A DNA stretch of 32,000 bases from Candidatus Saccharimonadota bacterium (lineage in GTDB: Bacteria > Patescibacteriota > Saccharimonadia > Saccharimonadales > UBA4665), in assembly GCA_963718045.1 (NCBI GenBank), contig OY970350.1, positions 690,001 through 722,000 on the forward strand. Direction: 5' to 3'. The notes under the pieces were generated by a model, which did not search any database, had not been told where the DNA came from, and was given only the letters and a program-made list of their open reading frames with translations. The translations under genes and the position numbers were made by a program. This document shows, in pieces, positions 25,434-31,937 of the stretch (positions within the stretch are counted from its first letter, which is position 1; each line of letters begins with the position of its first letter).

Positions 25434-26348
25434 ATGATAAAAGCACAGCACTTAAGTAAGAAGTTTGATAAGAAGTTGGCCGTTGATGACATTTCCTTTC
25501 AGGTCGACACTGGCAAAGTAACTGGCTTTTTAGGTCCTAACGGCGCTGGTAAATCGACAACCATGAAACTAATGCTGGGACTAGCTAACGGCAGCGGCAT
25601 AACTTTATATGACGGCAAACCGCTTCACTCTTACGATCAGCCATCTGAAATAGTTGGTATTGTTTTAGAAGCCAAGGCTTTTCATCCAACCAGAACAGCC
25701 AGAAATCATCTTAAAGTAATAGCTACTGCCGGTGACATTCCCTTAAAGCGAGTTGATGAAGTTTTAGATATTGTCGGACTTAAGTCTGAGGCTAAACATG
25801 GACCGGGTAAGTTTTCTCTCGGCATGGGACAAAGACTAGGATTGGCTGCAGCACTGCTGGCTAATCCGTCTTATTTACTTTTAGATGAACCGGGTAACGG
25901 GCTGGATCCTGAAGGTATAGTCTGGCTCAGAGAGTTTCTAAAGTCTTACACAGATAAGGATCATGGTGTCTTTGTTTCATCGCATTTACTTAGTGAAATG
26001 TCCCAGTTAGCTGATAATGTAGTAGTTATTGGCAAGGGTAAGCTGCTGGCAGATATGCCAATGAAAAACTTTGTCGCCAGCAATGTTTCAACAACTGTAT
26101 TCGTAAGAGCAGAAGACAATGATAAGCTGGCAAAAGTCTTAGAAGCTAAAGACATAAAGTTCACTAAATTAGATAACGGACTGGAAGTTATGGGTGTTAA
26201 AACTGATAAGATTGGCAAAATAGCCTCTGAGAATAAGCTGCCTATACTTGAGTTGTCGGCTAAAAGCGCCTCACTTGAAGAAGCTTTTCTTGGAGTGACA
26301 GCCGGTTCTGAAGAATTTTCCGGTAAGGGGGATAAAGATGAAAAGTGA
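25434..26348 (+). CDS. ABC transporter ATP-binding protein (ABC-2/DrrA-like subfamily)
   Basis: GPNGAGKSTT Walker A, LSLGMGQRLGLA signature, LLLDEPGNGLD Walker B, H-loop SSHLL. Confidence 0.9.
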   Translation: MIKAQHLSKKFDKKLAVDDISFQVDTGKVTGFLGPNGAGKSTTMKLMLGLANGSGITLYDGKPLHSYDQPSEIVGIVLEAKAFHPTRTARNHLKVIATAGDIPLKRVDEVLDIVGLKSEAKHGPGKFSLGMGQRLGLAAALLANPSYLLLDEPGNGLDPEGIVWLREFLKSYTDKDHGVFVSSHLLSEMSQLADNVVVIGKGKLLADMPMKNFVASNVSTTVFVRAEDNDKLAKVLEAKDIKFTKLDNGLEVMGVKTDKIGKIASENKLPILELSAKSASLEEAFLGVTAGSEEFSGKGDKDEK

Positions 26349-27096
26349 ACTAAAAGCAGAGTTTAAAAAAGTCTTTAGCGTCAGGTCAACCTATATCATG
26401 TCAGCGATAGCGCTGCTCCTTGTTATGTTTTTTGGTTTTTTTATAGTCGGAATGCATACTGAGCGTTTTAACACGCTTAGCCCAACTTTCTTAGATAGCG
26501 AGATTTCCGGAGCTATATCGATAGTTACATTTTTCGTTGGTTTAGTCGGAATACTTTTAGTCACGCACGAATACCGTTACAACACGATAATGTACAGTCT
26601 CTCAGAGACTAATAGCAGGAGTAAGGTCTTTTACTCTAAGATTTTAATAATATCTGCTTATTCTTTGCTGTTTACCGCGGTTATTGCCGTTCTGGCGCCG
26701 CTGATGATTTTCCTCGGCGTCCATGCCCACGGTATAAAATTAGTGCCCCAAACGTTTTATTACCGGGATTTAGTATGGCGCTGTTTATTTTACGGCTGGG
26801 GCTATGCCATGATTGCTGTCATGCTAGCCTATATTATCCGGAATCAAATCGCGACTATAGTCACCCTTTTAATTGGCCCGACATTGGTTGACGGACTCTT
26901 GAGCATATGGCTTAAAAAGAATATCGTATACTTGCCTTTCGATTCCCTGCAAAATGTTCTGGGCAGTGGCAGGAATAACTTAGCTAACGCTCAGGGTTCA
27001 ATAACTCCATTTCATTCTTTGCTTGTAGTCATGGCCTATCTGATAGTTGGCTGGATAATTGCCTGGTATCTCTTCCTCAAAAAAGATGCTTTGTAG
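26338..27096 (+). CDS. ABC-2 type transporter permease
   Basis: Six-TM 252-aa protein overlapping the ATPase gene by 11 nt. Confidence 0.7.
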   Translation: MKSELKAEFKKVFSVRSTYIMSAIALLLVMFFGFFIVGMHTERFNTLSPTFLDSEISGAISIVTFFVGLVGILLVTHEYRYNTIMYSLSETNSRSKVFYSKILIISAYSLLFTAVIAVLAPLMIFLGVHAHGIKLVPQTFYYRDLVWRCLFYGWGYAMIAVMLAYIIRNQIATIVTLLIGPTLVDGLLSIWLKKNIVYLPFDSLQNVLGSGRNNLANAQGSITPFHSLLVVMAYLIVGWIIAWYLFLKKDAL

Positions 27097-27137
27097 ATAA
27101 AAGGTTTGCTAGGTAATAACGTTTATGCTAGTTTATT

Positions 27138-27166
27138 TTGTGATGCATAAAACAAAGACCTATAAT
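27138..27166 (+). promoter_or_regulatory. Sigma70-type promoter in the ABC / aaRS-like intergenic region
   Basis: TTGTGA (27138-27143), 17-nt spacer, TATAAT (27161-27166). Confidence 0.5.
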
Positions 27167-27198
27167 GCTGGCTAAAGCAAAAAGATCTTTACGAATTA

Positions 27199-27222
27199 AC
27201 AGCCCTTCGGGGCTGTTTTTTT
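27199..27222 (+). terminator. Rho-independent terminator-like hairpin with C(UUCG)G tetraloop and U-tract
   Basis: Stem ACAGCCC (27199-27205) / GGGCTGT (27210-27216), loop TTCG, followed by a T run through 27222. Confidence 0.7.
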
Positions 27223-27249
27223 ATGCCTTATTAAATAAAGGAGGGATGA

Positions 27250-28098
27250 ATGGTTAAAAATTATATGGGGGTCGAGGACAGCCTGGCATTTAGCAAGGTT
27301 GTCAATAAGCTGCGGAAGTTTTGTTTAAGCCGTGGCTTCTTGGAAGTGTCGACTCAGGACCGCTTAAGCATACTGGCAGCCTGTGAGGACCCTGATACGG
27401 TAGCAACATACAACTACATGGGAGAGGTCTGGCCGCTGCCGCAGACAGGCCAGATGTGGCTGGAGTATGAACTACTCACCCACCCAGATGTTAAAGGAGT
27501 ATTTTGTGTCAGCACCAGTTACCGGAACGAACCGAAGCCAGTTCCTGGACGGCATAAACTAATATTTCCCATGTTTGAGTTTGAACTCCGTGGCAATATT
27601 AAGGATCTTAGAGAATTTGAGACAGACTTACTGGAGTACTTGGGTCTTGGTAAAAGATCAGAGTTTGTTTACAGTACTTACGATGAACTAAAAGATTTCT
27701 ATAATACAAAAGAGCTGACATATATGCACGAGAACAAAATGGTGGAAGATTTCGGACCAGTGGTATTCTGCCAGGAATTCCCTGAATACACCTCACCTTT
27801 TTGGAATATGAAAAAGAAAAGTAAGACTCATGCCCATAAAATAGATGTCATAATCTGCGGCAATGAAACCATCGGCAGCGCCCAAAGAAGCACCAATAAA
27901 AAAGAGATGGTTGAAGCCTTCCATACTATTAGTAGCGGTCAGTATGCTAACAAGCTATATGAGCTGTTTGGTAAAGACAGGGTGGAGAATGAACTTAAGG
28001 AATTCTTAAACTTTAACTTCTTTGAAAGATCAGGCGGCGGTATAGGGCTAACCAGAATGATAGATGCTCTAAAAAAACAAAACCTAGTGGCCGCTTAA
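27250..28098 (+). CDS. Stand-alone class II aminoacyl-tRNA-synthetase catalytic core (AsnRS/AspRS/AsnA-like), no anticodon-binding domain
   Basis: Motif 2-like STSYRNEPKPVPGRHKLIFPMFEFEL and motif 3-like SGGGIGLTRMIDAL. FWNM...IDVIICGNETIGSAQR resembles the AsnRS/AspRS active-site strand. At 282 aa the core begins within about 10 residues of the N-terminus. Strong AAGGAGGG Shine-Dalgarno. Confidence 0.7.
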   Translation: MVKNYMGVEDSLAFSKVVNKLRKFCLSRGFLEVSTQDRLSILAACEDPDTVATYNYMGEVWPLPQTGQMWLEYELLTHPDVKGVFCVSTSYRNEPKPVPGRHKLIFPMFEFELRGNIKDLREFETDLLEYLGLGKRSEFVYSTYDELKDFYNTKELTYMHENKMVEDFGPVVFCQEFPEYTSPFWNMKKKSKTHAHKIDVIICGNETIGSAQRSTNKKEMVEAFHTISSGQYANKLYELFGKDRVENELKEFLNFNFFERSGGGIGLTRMIDALKKQNLVAA

Positions 28099-28115
28099 GA
28101 ACAAAGTAAGATAAT

Positions 28116-28817
28116 CTATCGAGCTGGTCTACCGTTAGCAGCTTTTTTTGCAATGTACATGGCTTGGTCAGCTTGGTGGATTAGCTCAACGGATGATACA
28201 GGATTATCTGGATCCCAGATTGCTCCACCTAGTGAAATGCCGAATCCTAAATTACGTATTTCTTCACTTTGTTGGTCAACGAACTCGGCCACAACATTTC
28301 GGGCGTAATCTTCCCCTTTTTTCATTTGTTCCTCAAGTGTGGTGCCATCCGGAACACGGTCAAGGTTATCTATTATACCGAACTCATCACCGCCCAAGCG
28401 GCCTAGTGGCAATTCATCTTCACCCTGTTCCCTGAGGTGTCTTCCACGACTAACTACATCTTCCGGACGTCTAAAATTGGATGTCATGTGTTCAGCGAAA
28501 TTTCTAAGCATCTCATTGCCTTTTCTGTGGCCAAACTTATCATTGATTAATTTAAAGGCATCCAAATCCAGGAATATCACAGCAAAAGGTTTTTTTGCCT
28601 CCATCCGCTTTTCAACCTTATCTCCAAATGCTTTTCTGTTATATAAACCAGTCAGGTCATCATGAGAATTTTCGTAACTTAGCTCCCTGATTTTTTCAAC
28701 TTTTTCATACAAATAACTAAGGACTTCTGCAATAAATTCTGGTGAAGAAGATACATCACCTGAATATTGATCATGATTAGTAGGTGTTTCAATCTTTAGT
28801 TTACTTTTTGGAGACAT
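28116..28817 (-). CDS. GGDEF-domain nucleotide cyclase (diguanylate-cyclase family), no sensor domain
   Basis: DDLTGLYNRKAF, FLDLDAFKLINDKFGHRKGN, RLGGDEFGII. Only about 50 aa precede the GGDEF domain. Confidence 0.9.
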   Translation of the reverse strand: MSPKSKLKIETPTNHDQYSGDVSSSPEFIAEVLSYLYEKVEKIRELSYENSHDDLTGLYNRKAFGDKVEKRMEAKKPFAVIFLDLDAFKLINDKFGHRKGNEMLRNFAEHMTSNFRRPEDVVSRGRHLREQGEDELPLGRLGGDEFGIIDNLDRVPDGTTLEEQMKKGEDYARNVVAEFVDQQSEEIRNLGFGISLGGAIWDPDNPVSSVELIHQADQAMYIAKKAANGRPAR

Positions 28818-28824
28818 AAAGTAT

Positions 28825-28853
28825 ACATTAGCACAATATTAACTAATAGTCAA
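28825..28853 (-). promoter_or_regulatory. Promoter of the GGDEF gene (leaderless geometry)
   Basis: Minus strand: TTGACT (28853-28848), 17-nt spacer, TGcTAATGT extended -10 (hexamer 28830-28825), then 7 nt to the ATG (28817). No Shine-Dalgarno. Confidence 0.6.
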
Positions 28854-28885
28854 CAGATATGTGATAGTCTGCTTGGGCTACATAT

Positions 28886-29314
28886 TTACTGCTCGAAATA
28901 AGACTTGCCTGTTTTATATGCTTCAATGTAATTTTCGGTGCAGCCAAACAAAGGAGAAGGCAGTTTATCTAGGCTGTACCATCCCCACGCCTCTCTTTTA
29001 TCTGGTTCTGCGACTTTAGCTTCACCGCTGATCCATTCAGCTAACATGCCGATATCTACATAGTGTTTAGGATAATACTTGCGTAAGTTCGTGACGCATA
29101 AAAACTTAGGTCTTTTTATTTTTATAGCAGGGCCGGCTTCTTCCGATAGCTCTCTTAAAGCACATTCCTCAAATGTTTCGTATAACTCCAAGTGTCCGCC
29201 AGGCAAAGCATATTCACCCTCACCATGGGAACCCTTACGCTTACCCAGTAATAAATGGTTATCTTTGATAAGAAAAATACCTATACCTACTTTTGGCCTC
29301 GCAGTTTCATTCAT
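28886..29314 (-). CDS. Nudix hydrolase
   Basis: Nudix box GGHLELYETFEECALRELSEEAG. Confidence 0.85.
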   Translation of the reverse strand: MNETARPKVGIGIFLIKDNHLLLGKRKGSHGEGEYALPGGHLELYETFEECALRELSEEAGPAIKIKRPKFLCVTNLRKYYPKHYVDIGMLAEWISGEAKVAEPDKREAWGWYSLDKLPSPLFGCTENYIEAYKTGKSYFEQ

Positions 29315-29320
29315 TTTTCA

Positions 29321-29329
29321 ATAATAACA
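29321..29329 (-). promoter_or_regulatory. Extended -10 (TGTTATTAT) 6 nt upstream of the Nudix ATG
   Basis: Minus strand reads TTTTTGTTATTATtgaaaaATG. The same module occurs at 29825-29833. Confidence 0.5.
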
Positions 29330-29383
29330 AAAAAAGGGGCTATCTAGTATTAAGGGCTGAATACGATGCTGTTACAACCAGAA

Positions 29384-29818
29384 TTAAAGGTATGGCTTCA
29401 GAAAATCTTTTTGCTCTTGATGCATTGGTGAAGGTAGTTTATTGAACCAGCCATGATCTTTAGCTTCTGAATTCGGTTTTAACTGCCCTTTATAACTTGT
29501 AATTTCAAATGCTATACCTACCGGACTATCTAGACCTTTCGTGAAGTGGCTTGGATATTCAATATAGCCAAGTAGCTTTGTGTCCCTAACCTCAATGTTT
29601 AGTTCTCGTTCTGCAATCCTAGCCACAGCCTCAGTAAGCCTTTCACCAAAGCGTACTGTGCCTCCCGGTAAATGCCACAATCCTTTACATGGTTCAATAT
29701 TCCTCATTGTAAGGAATACACCTTCGTTAGTTTTGATAATTATTTCAACAGTTAATCGGGGTACCTTTTTATATATTTCCCAAAATTCTTTTTGAGATAA
29801 TGGATGTTTGTCCGGCAT
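29384..29818 (-). CDS. Nudix hydrolase, GDP-mannose mannosyl hydrolase (Gmm/NudD)-like variant box
   Basis: KGLWHLPGGTVRFGERLTEAVARIAERELN matches the modified Nudix signature of the Gmm/WcaH family. The N-terminal FWEIYKKVPRLTVEIII resembles the Gmm N-terminus. Confidence 0.7.
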   Translation of the reverse strand: MPDKHPLSQKEFWEIYKKVPRLTVEIIIKTNEGVFLTMRNIEPCKGLWHLPGGTVRFGERLTEAVARIAERELNIEVRDTKLLGYIEYPSHFTKGLDSPVGIAFEITSYKGQLKPNSEAKDHGWFNKLPSPMHQEQKDFLKPYL

Positions 29819-29824
29819 ATATTA

Positions 29825-29833
29825 ATAATAACA
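29825..29833 (-). promoter_or_regulatory. Extended -10 (TGTTATTAT) 6 nt upstream of the Gmm-like Nudix ATG
   Basis: Minus strand reads CCTTTTTGTTATTATtaatatATG. Confidence 0.5.
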
Positions 29834-29887
29834 AAAAGGATCGTTTATTGGTTCTTTGGTTGTGGCGTTTAAACTAGGACTAATCTT

Positions 29888-29964
29888 TGGAGGGCCCAGT
29901 GGGACTCGAACCCACGACACCCTGCTTAAAAGGCAGGTGCTCTAACCGGCTGAGCTATGGGCCC
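29888..29964 (-). tRNA. tRNA-Lys (UUU), CCA encoded, U at discriminator position
   Basis: Reverse complement: GGGCCCA-TA-GCTC-AGCCGGTTA-GAGC-A-CCTGC-CTTTTAA-GCAGG-GTGTC-GTGGG-TTCGAGT-CCCAC-TGGGCCC-T-CCA. Confidence 0.9.
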
Positions 29965-29980
29965 TTAAAAATACAGATTA

Positions 29981-30009
29981 ACATTATTGGTCTATAAGAT
30001 AAAAGTCAA
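29981..30009 (-). promoter_or_regulatory. Promoter of tRNA-Lys
   Basis: Minus strand: TTGACT (30009-30004), 17-nt spacer, TAATGT (29986-29981), 16 nt before the tRNA 5' end. The hexamers are the same as in the GGDEF promoter. Confidence 0.6.
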
Positions 30010-30018
30010 GTTAGTAAT

Positions 30019-30525
30019 TTACTCTTTAGACTTGGCGTGTCTATGATGTCTAGCTAAAGGATTAAATTTAGAGCGCTGCATAACTAAAAAGATTAAGGCA
30101 ACAAGAGCACTTATAGCTACTACCGTTCCCTGATATTTAGTCAGATCCTGCCATAAACTGCCAGACATAATATTGACGGCTGTGTTTGTCGGCAGTAACG
30201 GCACAACTGTTAGGGCCATTAGCAGCCCGCTGGCTATAGCTGGGACCAGATTAATATGTTTATGAGCCGATGCCGTCTTAATGTTAAAAAGAAGTATTAG
30301 GACAGCCGGCAGCAGGAGCAGTATTAATCTAGCATTATTAGAGCCATAGAAGTGTTCCAGGGTTCTTGAGCTGGCTAGTTTAGTGACTAGTTTATTAGTG
30401 CTATCAAACTGACTGACTACATAGCCCATACAAATACCTAAGAATACATACGCCCCATTAACCCTAAGCAAAATTGTTAATAGGATTGGTATGACAAAGA
30501 TAACTATTAGCCATATATCAGCCAT
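30019..30525 (-). CDS. 168-aa membrane protein (4-5 TM), unknown function, last gene of the rimK operon
   Basis: Hydrophobic helices plus a basic C-terminal tail (RHHRHAKSKE). Co-oriented, 32 nt downstream of rimK. Confidence 0.55.
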   Translation of the reverse strand: MADIWLIVIFVIPILLTILLRVNGAYVFLGICMGYVVSQFDSTNKLVTKLASSRTLEHFYGSNNARLILLLLPAVLILLFNIKTASAHKHINLVPAIASGLLMALTVVPLLPTNTAVNIMSGSLWQDLTKYQGTVVAISALVALIFLVMQRSKFNPLARHHRHAKSKE

Positions 30526-30557
30526 GCTTAAGCTTAATAATAGCCGAGAGTTAGGCT

Positions 30558-31460
30558 TTATGCACCAATTTTGTCTTTTTTGTGTCTGGCTTTGGCGTTT
30601 TGTTCGATGTAATCAATTATTGAACTGGCGACATCCCGTCCGGTGACCTTCTCTATGCCAAAGCCGGGGCTGCAGTTTACTTCAAGAATTAATGGGCCTT
30701 GATGTGACCTCATCATGTCTACACCGCATATAGTCAGACCCATGGCTTTAGCAGCTCGGAGCGCCATTCTTCTTTCGTCTTCGGATAGTCTAACAGGGAT
30801 GCCATTACCGCCTTGGTGCAGGTTTGATCTAAAGTCGCCGTCTAGACTTTGCCTTAACATGCTGGCAATTACCTTGCCGTTAACAACAAAAGCCCTGATA
30901 TCTTCACCGGCACTTTCACTTATATATTCTTGGACTAAAAAGCTAACTCCTTCAACATTGAAGGCCTGCATTACAGCCAGTCCGGCTTTTCGGGTTTCGG
31001 CTAATACTACTCCGTTGCCGTGTGTACCGCGGGCAATTTTAATAACTACTGGCGGTCCACCAACTTGATCAAGGACATCTTCAAAGTCAGCGGTTTCGCG
31101 GGCAAAGACTGTTTTTGGTATACCAACTGCGGCTTTAGACAGAATCTGGAGTGATCTTAACTTGTCTCTTGAGCGGACAATAGAGATCGAGCTAGTAGTT
31201 GTAAAGACGTTTTGCATTTCAAATTGACGGACAATAGAAGCACCGTATTTAGTAAGGCTGGAAGCAATTCTTGGGATTATTACGTCAAAATTAGTCAGTT
31301 CTTCGCCTTTATAATTAACAACCGGGCGGCCGCTTTCTAGGGCTACATAACACTTGGCATAATTAATCACACTGACGCTGTGACCACGTTTTCTAGCCTC
31401 TTCCACTAACCTTTTAGTGGAATAGTTGCCAGGACCTTTAGATAAAATTGCTATATTCAT
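30558..31460 (-). CDS. rimK: RimK-family ATP-grasp alpha-L-glutamate ligase (ribosomal protein S6 modification type)
   Basis: Collinear with E. coli RimK. Matching segments: MNIAILS...YSTKRL, IPRI, RQFEM, RDKLRS, GVVLAETR, LVQEYI, DIRAFVV, GDFRSNLHQGG, GVDMMRS..GPLILEVNCSPG. AGGAG Shine-Dalgarno. Confidence 0.92.
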   Translation of the reverse strand: MNIAILSKGPGNYSTKRLVEEARKRGHSVSVINYAKCYVALESGRPVVNYKGEELTNFDVIIPRIASSLTKYGASIVRQFEMQNVFTTTSSISIVRSRDKLRSLQILSKAAVGIPKTVFARETADFEDVLDQVGGPPVVIKIARGTHGNGVVLAETRKAGLAVMQAFNVEGVSFLVQEYISESAGEDIRAFVVNGKVIASMLRQSLDGDFRSNLHQGGNGIPVRLSEDERRMALRAAKAMGLTICGVDMMRSHQGPLILEVNCSPGFGIEKVTGRDVASSIIDYIEQNAKARHKKDKIGA

Positions 31461-31489
31461 AACTAACTCCTACTGGTTAATCTTAAAGC

Positions 31490-31897
31490 TTATGGGATTT
31501 TGGAAATATCTATAACGAATCTTTTATTCAGTAGTCTTCGTCCAACTAGCGCAGGATACGACTTTAATTTACGATTAGCAAGTGAAAACTTGGCACTTAC
31601 TCTTCGGCCTTCAATCAAGACGGATATTTTTACTCTGTACCGGTGTTCAGTGTCTCCAAATGAGTTCTTAATTTTAACTCTTTCATAATCCGTGCTACTA
31701 ATAACTTTGCCGGTATACTTATCTGAAGAAGGGCCGAGTAAACAATACTCAAGCTTACTGCCTTTCTCTTTGATATTGGTCGCCCAAATAGAAGATCCGT
31801 CAGCACCGGTATCTATCTTCGCTGGTAAATCATAAATATCACCAGCTGGTATGCTGATTTTTACGACACTGCCTATAATCTGGGGTTCTTTAATCAT
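31490..31897 (-). CDS. Retropepsin-like protein of the PF05618 family (annotated as putative ATP-dependent zinc protease, RimK-associated)
   Basis: LPAKIDTGADGSSIWA (D-T-G-A aspartic-protease-like motif) and FSLANRKLKSYPALVGRRLL...FVIDI match the family pattern. Located immediately upstream of rimK. Confidence 0.8.
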   Translation of the reverse strand: MIKEPQIIGSVVKISIPAGDIYDLPAKIDTGADGSSIWATNIKEKGSKLEYCLLGPSSDKYTGKVISSTDYERVKIKNSFGDTEHRYRVKISVLIEGRRVSAKFSLANRKLKSYPALVGRRLLNKRFVIDISKIP

Positions 31898-31908
31898 TTA
31901 GGGGGCAT

Positions 31909-31937
31909 ATTGTAGCATATTTCTATATCCTTGGCAA
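31909..31937 (-). promoter_or_regulatory. Promoter of the PF05618-rimK-membrane protein operon
   Basis: Minus strand: TTGCCA (31937-31932), 17-nt spacer, TGcTACAAT extended -10 (hexamer 31914-31909), then 11 nt to the ATG (31897). No Shine-Dalgarno. Confidence 0.6.

Noticed and set aside
27165-27254. Small ORF (about 29 codons, MLAKAKRSLRINSPSGLFFYALLNKGGMNG) spanning the leader and terminator, considered as an attenuation leader peptide
   Set aside because: Its ATG lies inside the -10 hexamer, so it would not be on the predicted transcript. It has no SD and no run of regulatory (for example Asn/Asp) codons.
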